Assembly: GCA_964636545.1 (NCBI GenBank) | Contig: CAZWSR010000004.1 | Location: 1-64,000 of the forward strand | DNA: 64,000 bases | Origin: Candidatus Undinarchaeota archaeon | GTDB lineage: Archaea > Undinarchaeota > Undinarchaeia > Undinarchaeales > UBA543 | Direction: 5' to 3' | Shown here: in pieces, positions 47,557 to 58,250 of the stretch | How positions within the stretch are numbered: the first letter of the stretch is position 1 | How the letters are laid out: each line of letters begins with the position of its first letter | The notes under the pieces: model-generated | The model's database searches: none | What the model was told of the DNA's origin: nothing | Seen by the model: the letters and a program-made list of their open reading frames with translations, nothing else | Translations under genes and position numbers: made by a program

Positions 47557-48078
47557 ATGGATAAAAAAGAGTTTAAACAAATATTTCTTACACTTATTTT
47601 ACCAATATCTTTAATTATACTTGGATTAATTGTATTAGTTACAGGAGCAATTAAAAAACATGTTATAATTTTTTCAATTGGATTAATAACAATGCTTGGT
47701 GGCATGATTACGGTTTTCTTAAATAAACAAAAATCTGGATTAAATGTTTGGCACATATTCTCAATGTCTTGGTTGTTTGTTGATGGTCTTTTCCATGCAT
47801 TTGGAGTTGCTGATTTAGTGGAAGGGCGAGCACCTGATGCAGTTATTGCAAGAGGATTACTTGAATTAGATGGTGCTTTGCCAATGTGGATACACAGGAT
47901 TATGGGTGCGTTTTTGATTCTAACTACAACTTATGCATTTTATTTATTGAATCAGAAAAAGAAATTAAGTAAAGCTAAAGCAATTTATGTTAAAGTGTAT
48001 TTCTGGGTAGAAGCTCCAATAACAATTGCAATTATAGCATTTGGAATAATATTGAATTTATTGGGTGTTGGGGTTTAG
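47557..48078 (+). CDS. Hypothetical multi-pass membrane protein
   Basis: About 5 hydrophobic helices. Confidence 0.75.
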   Translation: MDKKEFKQIFLTLILPISLIILGLIVLVTGAIKKHVIIFSIGLITMLGGMITVFLNKQKSGLNVWHIFSMSWLFVDGLFHAFGVADLVEGRAPDAVIARGLLELDGALPMWIHRIMGAFLILTTTYAFYLLNQKKKLSKAKAIYVKVYFWVEAPITIAIIAFGIILNLLGVGV

Positions 48079-48176
48079 TAGAAAACCTTTTTAATAGAGG
48101 AATTTGATTAATTGATAGTTATCTTGAAGGCCTGAGAGCTTGAAATCTTGAAGTCCTAACCAATTTAACCAAATTT

Positions 48177-48263
48177 GCCGAGGTGGCGGAATCCGGTAAC
48201 GCGCTCGCCTTGAGAGCGAGTTCTCGCAAGGGAATGTAGGTTCAAATCCTGCCCTCGGCGCCA
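48177..48263 (+). tRNA. tRNA-Ser(TGA), CCA encoded
   Basis: Anticodon arm CTCGC-CTTGAGA-GCGAG; long variable arm. Confidence 0.95.
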
Positions 48264-48270
48264 ATTTCTA

Positions 48271-48338
48271 AGATTTTAGAGTTTGGAATTTAGAATTTGG
48301 AATCAACTCTAAACTCCAAAATCTAAACTCTAAATTCT
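48271..48338. repeat. Heptad imperfect palindrome, family 3 (RGAnTTT/AAAnTCY)
   Basis: agatttt agagttt ggaattt agaattt ggaatca actct aaactcc aaaatct aaactct aaattct. Confidence 0.85.
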
Positions 48339-48340
48339 AC

Positions 48341-48877
48341 CTATTCCCCAATTTTCCCAAACTCATCAAAAATAATCTTACTAGTATCCTTAGCAACTCC
48401 AGGGTTTTTGAAAAAGTGCGCTATTGTGCCCCTGTATTCTGCTTCAATTTCAAGTTCTTCTGGTGTTTTACTAGCTTCTGGATTGTGTCGTAAGTCAAGC
48501 AAAGATCCAGTGTGCATTATAACAAACAATAATTTCTCAAGCATTTTGCCTTTAGTGCCTTCGGTTTTTCTGCCAAGACCATTTCTTTTAAAAGTATTTA
48601 CAAAAGAATTTGCAAGTGTGCGCAATTTTGCTTCCCGAATTCTTGGAGATTGCTCTGTTTTGTGAAGATGTAATTTGTATTTGACAATTGCAGAATTCAA
48701 ATTAACTTTAGCTGACTCACTTGACTTTTCTAAAACACGAGCAATGTGGTCAGTGATAAGCGGATGCTTGCGCCAATAATTATTACGTTTAACAGCGCCA
48801 GTGTATTGCTTAAGATATTGATTCAGTTCTTTTTTTGCTGGATTTGATATTTGTACTAACCGTCTCACTTTAGGCAC
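48341..48877 (-). CDS. Hypothetical basic protein
   Basis: 178-aa ORF, GTG start, TATA-like upstream. Confidence 0.6.
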   Translation of the reverse strand: MPKVRRLVQISNPAKKELNQYLKQYTGAVKRNNYWRKHPLITDHIARVLEKSSESAKVNLNSAIVKYKLHLHKTEQSPRIREAKLRTLANSFVNTFKRNGLGRKTEGTKGKMLEKLLFVIMHTGSLLDLRHNPEASKTPEELEIEAEYRGTIAHFFKNPGVAKDTSKIIFDEFGKIGE

Positions 48878-48930
48878 CTAAAGTATTTTGTACCTCAAGG
48901 ATTATATACTTTATTGTTGTTTTTCAGAAT

Positions 48931-49686
48931 ATGTTTCAAGTAAAACTTTCGCAAGAACATTCAACATTACCAGTAGCAGAGCTTAATGCAGTTATTGAAA
49001 CCTGCTATCCAGACGAGAATGTTGTGCTAGAATTTAATGAAAATATAGTAAAGATTACTGGATTGAATGATATTTCTGAATTAAAGAACCGATTAGCTTA
49101 TGCAATGGAAATTGATGGCGTGGAACTTGGACAAGGTTTTGATGCAAGGTACTCCAGGAATCGCCCGTTTTCTTATCCAACAACACTTGATCCAAAATTA
49201 GCAAGGTGTATGGTTAATTTAGCACGACCTCAAACCCCCAACCTCAAACCTCCAACCCCAATCTTTGACCCTTTCTGCGGAACAGGCGGAATACTTTTGG
49301 AGGCTGGATTAATGGGTTTCAAGACAATTGGAATTGATATTGATGAAAAAATGATTGCTGGTTGCAAGCAGAATTTAGAACATTATGGAGTTAGTGGTTT
49401 TGATATTTCAGTTGAAGATTTTTTCAAAACAAAAAAACAAGGAATAATTGTAACAGATCCACCATATGGCAAAAACACAATTGTATCTGGACAAACGATT
49501 GAAGAGTTTTACAATCTGATTTTGGAAAGATTATACAAAATAACAACTGGAATAAGCTGTATTGGAAGCCCAAATACAATAAATTTAAGTGAAATGGCAA
49601 GAAACCAAGGATTTAAAATACTTGAAGAACATATTGTTTTTGTTAATAAAGACATGAGTAAAAGGATATTGGTATTGGAGAAATGA
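48931..49686 (+). CDS. tRNA m2G10 methyltransferase (Trm11/TrmG10-like)
   Basis: RPF..P..L.PKLAR.MVNL, DPFCGTGG.L.EA, TDPPYG. Confidence 0.88.
   Translation: MFQVKLSQEHSTLPVAELNAVIETCYPDENVVLEFNENIVKITGLNDISELKNRLAYAMEIDGVELGQGFDARYSRNRPFSYPTTLDPKLARCMVNLARPQTPNLKPPTPIFDPFCGTGGILLEAGLMGFKTIGIDIDEKMIAGCKQNLEHYGVSGFDISVEDFFKTKKQGIIVTDPPYGKNTIVSGQTIEEFYNLILERLYKITTGISCIGSPNTINLSEMARNQGFKILEEHIVFVNKDMSKRILVLEK
49227..49261 (+). repeat. Five in-frame heptads inside the Trm11-like gene
   Basis: acctcaa accccca acctcaa acctcca accccaa. Confidence 0.7.
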
Positions 49687-50273
49687 TTAAAAATTTTTAT
49701 GACCTATTAGATAAAAAATTAGATGAAGTAGCAGACTATGATAAAAAACAGGATTATGATCTTTTTGGAGACTATAGTTTATTTGATAAGATTGTTGGAG
49801 AGGAAATATGTATTTTTAAAAAAGATAGAAAGAAAGAAAAATTTCGAAAAGATTTAACATTAGATGAAATAGACAGACTTCTAGATAAACTACAAAAAGT
49901 AATGAAAAATATTAACATAAAAACTATAAAAAATTCTGAGATAGAAGATAAAATTGATTATTGCTATCAGATATATTCTAAAACATTTTTAAAAGAACCA
50001 ACAAGAAGAGAGCGAAAATGGACACAAAAAGAGATGGTGAAAGCACAGATAAGGGAATTTATACACAAAAGAAAAAGAAAAATGAATAGAGAACTAGTTA
50101 GGCTTGCATATGTACAATGCGCAGTAGAAATTATCAGTAAGCTCTGGAATAAAGCTGATGAACGCGGCGTTAAACTAATTAATTTAGCTGAAATTGAAAA
50201 GAGTAAACATATAACAGTATATTTTAAGGATAATAAAAAATTGAACGCTGAAAAAAGATTAAAAAACACTTGA
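49683..50273 (+). CDS. Hypothetical protein
   Basis: 196-aa K-rich ORF, ATGA-coupled to the upstream gene. Confidence 0.65.
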   Translation: MIKNFYDLLDKKLDEVADYDKKQDYDLFGDYSLFDKIVGEEICIFKKDRKKEKFRKDLTLDEIDRLLDKLQKVMKNINIKTIKNSEIEDKIDYCYQIYSKTFLKEPTRRERKWTQKEMVKAQIREFIHKRKRKMNRELVRLAYVQCAVEIISKLWNKADERGVKLINLAEIEKSKHITVYFKDNKKLNAEKRLKNT

Positions 50274-50328
50274 GAAAAATAAAGTAAAAACATAATTATT
50301 TATAAGTAACTTATTCTTATTCTAAACT

Positions 50329-51231
50329 ATGATTGAATTAATCTTTCTTGGAACAAGCGGAGGAATGCCAACAAAAGAACGCGCGCACTCAGCAATTGCT
50401 CTCCGCTATGGTGGCGAAGTTTTGCTATTTGAGTGTGGTGAGAATGCACAGCGCCAGTTTATGTACACAACCTACTCTCCAATGAAGATTGACAAGATTT
50501 TCATAAGCCATTGGCACGCAGACCACTTTGCAGGACTACCGGGCCTTATTCAAAGCATGTCACTTCAGAACCGTTCACGAGATTTGCACATTTACGGACC
50601 AAAAAGTACTAAGAAATTTATTGACATGATAATGAAAACTGGTCATTTCAAGTGTAAATTCGACGTTATTCCGCATGAAGTAACTACTGGAAAAATGATT
50701 TGTGCTGGAAAAAAGTATAGTGTTTATACAATTCCAACTAATCATAGTGTTGAAACACTCGCATACAAGTTTGAGGAAATGCCAAGACCGGGAAAATTCA
50801 ATGCATCAAAAGCAAAAAAACTTGGAATTCAGGAAAAAGACTTTGGGAAACTGCAAGATGGGAAAAGTATCAAAGTTGGAAAGAAAAAAATAAAACCAGA
50901 CCAAGTTATAGGACCAGACAGACCAGGAAAAACAATTGTTTACAGCGGAGATACTATATTTAATCCAAAGATTATAGAATTCTCTGAAAAAGCTGATTTG
51001 CTAATACATGAAGCAACATTTGGCGATGAGATGAGAGAGTGGGCAGAGAAAGTAGGACACACAACTAATATACAAGCAGCTGAAATTGCAAAAAAAGCAA
51101 AAGTAAAAGAATTGATATTAACTCACCTTAGCCCAAGATACAAAGAAACTAAAACATTTTTAGCTCAAGCAAAAACTAAATTTAAAAATACTAAAATAGC
51201 TAATGACTTCATGGAAATTGTAGTGAAATGA
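50329..51231 (+). CDS. rnz: Ribonuclease Z
   Basis: FLGT....P, SH.H.DH..GL, YSGDT, HEATF, H.S.RY. Confidence 0.96.
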   Translation: MIELIFLGTSGGMPTKERAHSAIALRYGGEVLLFECGENAQRQFMYTTYSPMKIDKIFISHWHADHFAGLPGLIQSMSLQNRSRDLHIYGPKSTKKFIDMIMKTGHFKCKFDVIPHEVTTGKMICAGKKYSVYTIPTNHSVETLAYKFEEMPRPGKFNASKAKKLGIQEKDFGKLQDGKSIKVGKKKIKPDQVIGPDRPGKTIVYSGDTIFNPKIIEFSEKADLLIHEATFGDEMREWAEKVGHTTNIQAAEIAKKAKVKELILTHLSPRYKETKTFLAQAKTKFKNTKIANDFMEIVVK

Positions 51232-52139
51232 TACCACAGAACTTACGCGATCTTCTTGAAAAACAGCAATATCGAATTGTTGGCAACCACAGTGCTGTAA
51301 AAATATGTCATTGGACAAAAGAATCAATGCGAAATCGCGGTTTTTGTTACAAACAACAGTTTTACGGAATTAGTGCACACCGTTGTTTGCAAATGACTCC
51401 TGCTGTTGCTTGGTGCAATCAATCTTGTGTTTACTGCTGGAGACCAATTGAAAAAACACTTGGAGTAAATATGGATAATATTGAACTAGATGAGCCAGCA
51501 GAAATTATTGATGGTTGTATTGAAGCTCAAAGAGCATTGCTTATGGGATTTAAAGGCCGTGAAGGAGTTGATATGAAATTATTTGAAGAAGCAATGGAGC
51601 CAAATCAAGCAGCAATTTCGTTAGCTGGAGAACCGACACTTTATCCAAAGCTTCCTGAACTAATTGAAGAGTTTCATAAAAGAAAATTCACTACTTTTCT
51701 TGTAACAAATGGAACTAACCCAGAAATGTTGGAAAAAATACCTGAACCAACTAATTTGTACATCTCAGTTGATTCTCCAATTAAGGCAGAATACATGAAA
51801 ATGGATAGGCCAATGGTAAGTGGGGCATGGGAAGCCTTAAACAAGAGCCTAAACCTGCTCAAAAACTTCAAATGCAACACTGTTGTACGGGCTACGCTAA
51901 TGCGAAGCAACATGAAAGATCCTGAAACCTTTGGAAAATTCATTGAACAATTCAAACCAACCTATATAGAATGCAAAGCATACATGCATGTTGGCTTTTC
52001 CAAGGACCGAGTTAAGCATGAAGAAATGCCTTTACATGAAGAAATAATGCAGTTCGCTAGGGGAATTGAAAACATTACAGACTATACACTCATAGATGAC
52101 AAATCGGCATCAAGAGTTGCACTTTTGAAGCTAAAATAA
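51228..52139 (+). CDS. taw1: 4-demethylwyosine synthase Taw1 (radical SAM)
   Basis: HSAVK.CHW, CYK..FYGI..HRC.QMTP, CxxxCxxCWR, SL.GEP. Confidence 0.96.
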   Translation: MIPQNLRDLLEKQQYRIVGNHSAVKICHWTKESMRNRGFCYKQQFYGISAHRCLQMTPAVAWCNQSCVYCWRPIEKTLGVNMDNIELDEPAEIIDGCIEAQRALLMGFKGREGVDMKLFEEAMEPNQAAISLAGEPTLYPKLPELIEEFHKRKFTTFLVTNGTNPEMLEKIPEPTNLYISVDSPIKAEYMKMDRPMVSGAWEALNKSLNLLKNFKCNTVVRATLMRSNMKDPETFGKFIEQFKPTYIECKAYMHVGFSKDRVKHEEMPLHEEIMQFARGIENITDYTLIDDKSASRVALLKLK

Positions 52140-52245
52140 CGCTGTATTGTTGCAAAGTAACAAAAAAAGACCTGTATAACAAAGTATATAAAAGGTCAAC
52201 CCAAGTTTTTCAATAGAAAACAATACAACCTTGGTGAATTAAAAT

Positions 52246-53394
52246 ATGCTAGAAAACCCGTTTGCTGATACAGTACCAACGCACTTTGCAATAGCTGCGA
52301 CAGTGTATACAGAATCACTACAACAGCTACAAGCAGAAACAAAAACAAAGCGTTCAAAACTAATTTTTGCAGTAGGTGGTTATGGAAATGGCAAGTCACA
52401 TGCACTTGAACGCCTAAAAAATGACATTAATATTGAACAAAATAAAAAACTAGCTATTTACTCTTCTGCTTTTGCAACAAAAAGTTTGCGAGGAATTTAT
52501 GATCAAGTAACTTCAGAGTTAATGGCAGGCAAATATGACAAACTTGACACAAGTGCAGAAAATCGAGTTATGATGGAAACCAAAGGAATTCCAGAAAAAA
52601 TTGTAAATCTTTTCTTTAACAATACATTATTCAGAACAAAGGAGGAAATGCGACCAATATTAAAATTCGGAAAAACAGTTGCGTCCTCAGTTGATGTTGT
52701 AAATTTCATATGTGCGCTGTCAGTTCTTGTTGAACAATTAATTCTGATGATTGATGATATTGAAGAAGCAGCAACAATGGATAAAAACGAGAGAAAAATG
52801 TTCTTTGGTTATTTGCGTGCACTTTATGACCAGGCAGTTAGAAACAACAATAATATTTTGATTTTACTTACATTTATTCCAAACAAACTTCGCTTACTTC
52901 AAGAAGACAGAGTGGACTTTTATCAGCGAATGGATATTGATGTTAATTTCAATAGACCAACTTTCAAGGAACTGAAATTAATTGTTGACAAGCGTCTGGA
53001 AATAAGTGGTTTAGAGAAATACAAATTTACTGACCGTGCACTAAAACAAATTTATGAAAAAACAGATAGTATTCGAGACATGTTTAATCTTTTAAGAAAA
53101 TCACTTGATTCAGCAGAAGCTAAAGGTGAAAAGAAAATAGACAATATTGAACTTCCAAAAAAGAAAAAAGCACTGGAAGTCCGCGGTTCAAAACCAGCAG
53201 ATGATGCAATATTTTCAGTTCTTAGAAAACAAGAAGGTTTGAAAGCAGATGAAATAGTTAAGAAAACAGAAATGAGTAATCCGTGGATTAGACACCGACT
53301 TGCAGACCTTGTGCGAGAAGGAATACTTACAAAACAGCAAATAGCGCGAAACAAACCAGCAAGATACTACCTTGCAGGAGAAGAGAAAAAGTGA
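52246..53394 (+). CDS. AAA+ ATPase with C-terminal winged-HTH
   Basis: Walker A GGYGNGKS, Walker B LMIDDIE; wHTH WIRHRLADLVREGIL...YY. Confidence 0.85.
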   Translation: MLENPFADTVPTHFAIAATVYTESLQQLQAETKTKRSKLIFAVGGYGNGKSHALERLKNDINIEQNKKLAIYSSAFATKSLRGIYDQVTSELMAGKYDKLDTSAENRVMMETKGIPEKIVNLFFNNTLFRTKEEMRPILKFGKTVASSVDVVNFICALSVLVEQLILMIDDIEEAATMDKNERKMFFGYLRALYDQAVRNNNNILILLTFIPNKLRLLQEDRVDFYQRMDIDVNFNRPTFKELKLIVDKRLEISGLEKYKFTDRALKQIYEKTDSIRDMFNLLRKSLDSAEAKGEKKIDNIELPKKKKALEVRGSKPADDAIFSVLRKQEGLKADEIVKKTEMSNPWIRHRLADLVREGILTKQQIARNKPARYYLAGEEKK

Positions 53395-54059
53395 GAGAAA
53401 CACTGATCATAAAAGGGAAAGCACTGGACAATGCACGATTCTGCACACTTGTAGATGCTCTTACAAAGAAAAAATACAGACCAATAATTGATCCAAGAAA
53501 TTTTGACAATCCAATAACAACAAAAGCAAGATTCAAAACAAAAGAAGAAAAAATACGATTTATTGAAATTTCACCAAATCTTGAAATAGAAATAGAGCAT
53601 ACAGGAAACAAGACAGAAGGGAAAACATTCTTGAATGAAATAAAAATTAATGTTGAAACATCAATACCTGCAGCAATTATTAAACCAGAAGATTTTGAAC
53701 TTGCAACACTTCAAATGATTGCTCGAAAAGAAAGTGTAATAATTCCAAAAAACAGTTCTGAGCGAAAACTTTTCATGAGTTTAGTTGAAAAAAACATTTT
53801 CACTTTAGCAAAAAGAATAGAATGTCCACATTGCAACATCAGTTTCATGTTCCCAAAAGAAAAAACAGTTCTTGGAACCAAATCTTTTTGCAAAGACTGT
53901 GAAAAATGGTTTGAAATAAAAAGAGATACAGAAGCATTTGTATTAAATGAGGATTATATGGAAGTACTTGGCGGAATGTGGGGGAAAATGCAAAAACTAA
54001 TAAAAGATAGCTGGAGAGAAGTGGTCAAAAAAGGCGTTCCAATGATTCCAAAGGTGTAG
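53391..54059 (+). CDS. Hypothetical Zn-ribbon protein
   Basis: CPHC...CKDC; GTGA overlap with the ATPase gene. Confidence 0.75.
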   Translation: MRETLIIKGKALDNARFCTLVDALTKKKYRPIIDPRNFDNPITTKARFKTKEEKIRFIEISPNLEIEIEHTGNKTEGKTFLNEIKINVETSIPAAIIKPEDFELATLQMIARKESVIIPKNSSERKLFMSLVEKNIFTLAKRIECPHCNISFMFPKEKTVLGTKSFCKDCEKWFEIKRDTEAFVLNEDYMEVLGGMWGKMQKLIKDSWREVVKKGVPMIPKV

Positions 54060-54065
54060 AAAATA

Positions 54066-54120
54066 GGTATCAGGTGTCAGCAGTCAGCCCTCAGGTGCTG
54101 AGGGCCGAAAACCTGACGCC
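54066..54120. repeat. Heptad imperfect palindrome, family 2
   Basis: ggtatca ggtgtca gcagtca gccctca ggtgc tgagggc cgaaaac ctgacgcc. Confidence 0.8.
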
Positions 54121-54142
54121 TTAAACAATAGGACAAATAAAA

Positions 54143-54718
54143 ATGGAAGAACAAAAATCAAAATTAAGAAAACAAATGTATGCAAGGCGAGACGCACTTG
54201 ATTTAGGCGATATAATGGAAAAAAGTGAGGTTATTAAGGGAAAACTTTTCACACTTAAAGAAATTCAAGACGCAAACACAATAATGTTTTATTCATCCTG
54301 TAGATCAGAAGTGCGAACACGAGAAATGATTGAAGAAGCACTTGCAATGGGAAAAGATGTTGTGCTACCAATAACAAACATCAAAAAGAAAACAGCAACC
54401 CTTGTGAAAATTAATAGCACAGCAGCACTTATACCAAATGAGGCAGGTATCCCAGAACCAAAACCAGACAACAAAGAGCATGTTAAACCAGAAGAACTTG
54501 ATTTAATTATTGCACCAGGTGTTGCTTTTACAGAAGATGGTAAAAGACTTGGGCAAGGATGGGGCTTTTTTGACCAACTTTTTACAAAAACCAAAGCAAA
54601 ACGAATTGGACTTTGTTTTGACATGCAGCTTATGGAAAGTGTACCAACAGAAGCACATGATCAGGACCTTGATTTACTTGTAACAGAATCTGGCGTATTC
54701 CGGCCAAAACTGATTTGA
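54143..54718 (+). CDS. 5-formyltetrahydrofolate cyclo-ligase
   Basis: K..LR, EV.T, I.EP, PGVAF...G.RLG.G.G.FD, HD. Confidence 0.93.
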   Translation: MEEQKSKLRKQMYARRDALDLGDIMEKSEVIKGKLFTLKEIQDANTIMFYSSCRSEVRTREMIEEALAMGKDVVLPITNIKKKTATLVKINSTAALIPNEAGIPEPKPDNKEHVKPEELDLIIAPGVAFTEDGKRLGQGWGFFDQLFTKTKAKRIGLCFDMQLMESVPTEAHDQDLDLLVTESGVFRPKLI

Positions 54719-54765
54719 AAGATTTTTGCACTAATTATTTAAACCGCTCAACGCAAGTTCAAAAT

Positions 54766-56061
54766 ATGGAAAACCTAATCCGCGATTCACTTCAGAAACA
54801 AGACCCAGATGTTGACCAAATGGTTAGAAATGAAGCAGAGCGACAGCAATTTGGGCTAGAACTTATACCTTCTGAGAATTTTTCAAGTCAAGCAGTTCGT
54901 GAAGCAATGGCATCTCCAATGAATGATAAATATGCTGAAGGATATCCAAGAAAACGATATTATGGCGGAAATCAGATTATTGATCAAGTTGAAGAACTAG
55001 CAATTGAACGCGCAAAACAGCTTTTTGGATGCGAGCACGTCAATGTTCAGCCATATTCTGGAAGTCCTGCAAATGCAGCAGCTTATTTTGCTGTTTTAGA
55101 GCCAGGTGATACAATAATGGGAATGTCGCTTGCACATGGAGGTCACTTAACTCATGGACACAAAGTTAATTTTTCAGGAAAACTTTACAAAACAGCACAA
55201 TATGGACTAAGCAAGAAAACTGGTAAAATTGATTATGACGAAATTAGAAAACTTGCAAAAGAACACAAACCAAAAATTATTGTTTCAGGTGCAACCGCTT
55301 ATCCAAGAGAAATTGATTTTAAGCAATTTAGTGAAATTGCTGAAGAAGTTGGTGCTTATTCAATGGCAGATGTTGCACATATTGCTGGTTTAATTGCTGG
55401 CGGAGTTCACCAGAGCCCATTCCCACACACAGATATTGTCACAACTACAACTCACAAAACATTGAGAGGCCCTCGAGGTGCAATGATAATGTGCAAAATT
55501 AAAGACAAACTTAAGGAAAAATATCATGCTGAAAGCAAATACACTCTTGCTCAAAGAATTGACCGTGCAGTTTTCCCAGGATTGCAGGGCGGACCACACG
55601 AACACCAGATTGCTGCTAAAGCAGTTGCTTTTGGAGAAGCACTACAACCAGAATTCAAAGAATATGCTGGACAAGTTGTTAAAAATGCAAAAGCAATGTC
55701 AGAAGTTTTATTGGAAAAGGACTTTAATTTAGTAACTGGTGGAACTGACAACCATTTGATGCTTATTGATTTAACAAATAAAAATATTACTGGTGCTGAA
55801 GCTGAAACTGCTCTTGATAAAGCAGGAATTACAGTAAACAAAAACGCAGTGCCTTATGACATTAGAAAACCATTTGATCCATCTGGCATTCGATTAGGCA
55901 CACCAGCAATCACTACTCGTGGTTTGAAAGAATCAGAATGCAAACAAGTTGCTGAATTTATTAGCAATGTTGTTAATAATCATAAAAATGATGATAAAAT
56001 AAAGGAGATTCGGGAAGAAGTTAAACAATTATGTGAAAAATACCCCTTGTACAACCTATGA
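54766..56061 (+). CDS. glyA: Serine hydroxymethyltransferase (bacterial-type)
   Basis: [35 protein letters not shown]; start ATG 54766. Confidence 0.97.
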   Translation: MENLIRDSLQKQDPDVDQMVRNEAERQQFGLELIPSENFSSQAVREAMASPMNDKYAEGYPRKRYYGGNQIIDQVEELAIERAKQLFGCEHVNVQPYSGSPANAAAYFAVLEPGDTIMGMSLAHGGHLTHGHKVNFSGKLYKTAQYGLSKKTGKIDYDEIRKLAKEHKPKIIVSGATAYPREIDFKQFSEIAEEVGAYSMADVAHIAGLIAGGVHQSPFPHTDIVTTTTHKTLRGPRGAMIMCKIKDKLKEKYHAESKYTLAQRIDRAVFPGLQGGPHEHQIAAKAVAFGEALQPEFKEYAGQVVKNAKAMSEVLLEKDFNLVTGGTDNHLMLIDLTNKNITGAEAETALDKAGITVNKNAVPYDIRKPFDPSGIRLGTPAITTRGLKESECKQVAEFISNVVNNHKNDDKIKEIREEVKQLCEKYPLYNL

Positions 56062-56873
56062 TTATTGATGGAACAGCAATTGCAGAAAAAATCACTGAAG
56101 ATTTAAAGAAACAAATTTCTGAATTAAAAACCAAACCAGGGCTAGCAGGAATTATTGTTGGAGATGATCCAGGTTCAAAAATTTACATTAATATTAAAGA
56201 GAAAAAATGCAAGGAACTTGGAATTTATTTTGAAAAACATGAACTAGCTGCTGATTCCACTGAAGAGAATGTTATTGAATTGATACAGAAATTAAATACA
56301 AAAAAAGAAATTCATGGAATTTTAGTGCAAATACCATTACCTGAACACATTAACAAGGAAAATGTAATTAACACAATTGCCACTGAAAAAGATGTTGATG
56401 GATTGCATCCAGTAAATATGGGAAAACTTGTTAGGCAGGAGAAAGGAATTGTTCCTTGCACACCAAAAGGATGTATTAAACTTATTGAATCAACTGGAAT
56501 TAAAATTTCTGGAAAAAATGCAGTTGTTGTTGGACGAAGCAACTTAGTAGGAAGGCCAGTTGCGATTCTGCTTCAGCATGCGAATGCAACAGTAACTGTT
56601 TGCCATTCAAAAACTCAGCCACTTATCGATTACACAAAACAAGCAGATATTTTAGTTGTTGCAGTTGGAAAACCTGGATTAATTACTGCAGATATGGTCA
56701 AAGAAGATGCTATTGTGATTGATGTTGGAATTAATAGAACAGAAAATGGCCTAGTTGGAGATGTTGATTTTGAAAATGTTAAGAAGAAAGCAGGTTTTAT
56801 TACTCCAGTGCCCGGAGGTGTTGGGCCAATGACAGTTGCTATGTTGTTGGAAAATGTTGTTGAACGAATTTAA
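56058..56873 (+). CDS. folD: Methylene-THF dehydrogenase/cyclohydrolase
   Basis: [30 protein letters not shown]. Confidence 0.97.
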   Translation: MIIDGTAIAEKITEDLKKQISELKTKPGLAGIIVGDDPGSKIYINIKEKKCKELGIYFEKHELAADSTEENVIELIQKLNTKKEIHGILVQIPLPEHINKENVINTIATEKDVDGLHPVNMGKLVRQEKGIVPCTPKGCIKLIESTGIKISGKNAVVVGRSNLVGRPVAILLQHANATVTVCHSKTQPLIDYTKQADILVVAVGKPGLITADMVKEDAIVIDVGINRTENGLVGDVDFENVKKKAGFITPVPGGVGPMTVAMLLENVVERI

Positions 56874-56876
56874 ATT

Positions 56877-58250
56877 TTATTTCCCCATGTCCTGATACTT
56901 AGCTCTCTGATCCATCATTTTTCCGCAAGTTTTATTCCGTTCTGGGCAATTTCCAATAACGCAAGTAGAACCTGCACCTTCAAAAATAAGTGGCGCTTTT
57001 TGTTTTACTTCCTTTAGAATATCATCTGCAAGTTCCTGAATTTCCCACTGAGCTCGATTACAGCAACGCAATCTAAAAAAATGATGCAATTCTCTTGCAT
57101 TTATTGTCATAACAACACTGACAAGATTTCCACATTGATACAAATAACTTAAAACTTCGCGTGGAACACCATCGCCTTTGAATCTCTTGTAAAGTTCATG
57201 GGTTTTATCAATTGTTGCTTTGTAAATTTCAAGTAATTCAGGTTTCCCACTAATTGTTTTTGGAAGTACATTTCCATAGAACATATTTACTTCAGTGAAT
57301 TTTGGAATAGTAAGACTCTGCATACGATGTCTGGTCAAATGAGTAAGCACCGATAATGAAATCTTGTTTATTCGCAAAGTAAAATTAGCATGTTCGAATT
57401 CTCGCTTTCTCTTATTTCTGCAAATAATATTTACAACTCCGGTTTTTTTACCGTGCATTAATTCTTTTGCAGTGTCTGCATCAACTTGTAAATGATTCAT
57501 TGTTGCAATTGTTGCAATTTTATCATCAGGATTTTCAGTGCAATAGAGTAAATCAACTTTTTTCTCAGGTAGTTTTGGTACTGATTTATCAGGGAACAAA
57601 CCGCGAAGCTGTTCCTCTTTTTTACTTTCTTCATGTTCAAACAAATTTATATCATCAAAAATTACTGGCGCAATTTCTTTTGCTTGATCAAGAAGAGCTT
57701 CACCTGCTTTTCTAACTTCACTATAAGGCCGACCATGACCATACATGCACCCGTAAATAAAATGCGCTAGTTCTCGAGCATTAATTGTGCAGATTATGTT
57801 ATCAAAAGTGCAAAATGGAAGAACAAATCGAGCATCTTCAGTAGGTATGCCAGCATCAACAAGCTTTTTGTAGGACTCAGATAAGAATGCAACATGCTCC
57901 TCAAATTCTTTTTCAAGTTGTGGTTTGTACTTGAAAAAGCTAGGCACATAATGACCAACATTCGAATAATTAACATATCGCTTGGAGCGAACAGTATAAC
58001 TTGCAAGTCTATGCTCAATTAAGTATTGATGAAACATTGCTGAAATATTTTCAAACGCAATTGTGAAAATTCCATGCTCAATAACAGAATGGTGCCCCAA
58101 TTTTATAATATTTCCAAGAACTGTTTTTGCTTTTTCAGGAGAAATTTTCTCAAGTAATTCCCCATATCCTTCTTGAGAAACAGACGTAAACCCAGCGATT
58201 CCGCAGAGCTTGTCTGGGTCAGTGTTATAGTTGATTATTTTTACTGTCAT
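56877..58250 (-). CDS. thyX: FAD-dependent thymidylate synthase with two tandem ThyX domains
   Basis: GH.SVIEH...HR.AS....S.RY; second EH...RHR; two TINAREL.HF; LRC..RAQWEI. Confidence 0.9.
   Translation of the reverse strand: MTVKIINYNTDPDKLCGIAGFTSVSQEGYGELLEKISPEKAKTVLGNIIKLGHHSVIEHGIFTIAFENISAMFHQYLIEHRLASYTVRSKRYVNYSNVGHYVPSFFKYKPQLEKEFEEHVAFLSESYKKLVDAGIPTEDARFVLPFCTFDNIICTINARELAHFIYGCMYGHGRPYSEVRKAGEALLDQAKEIAPVIFDDINLFEHEESKKEEQLRGLFPDKSVPKLPEKKVDLLYCTENPDDKIATIATMNHLQVDADTAKELMHGKKTGVVNIICRNKRKREFEHANFTLRINKISLSVLTHLTRHRMQSLTIPKFTEVNMFYGNVLPKTISGKPELLEIYKATIDKTHELYKRFKGDGVPREVLSYLYQCGNLVSVVMTINARELHHFFRLRCCNRAQWEIQELADDILKEVKQKAPLIFEGAGSTCVIGNCPERNKTCGKMMDQRAKYQDMGK

Noticed and set aside
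48177-48263. Selenocysteine or opal-suppressor tRNA
   Set aside because: Anticodon is TGA (reads UCA, Ser), not TCA; core genes end normally at TGA, TAA and TAG, so there is no sign of recoding.
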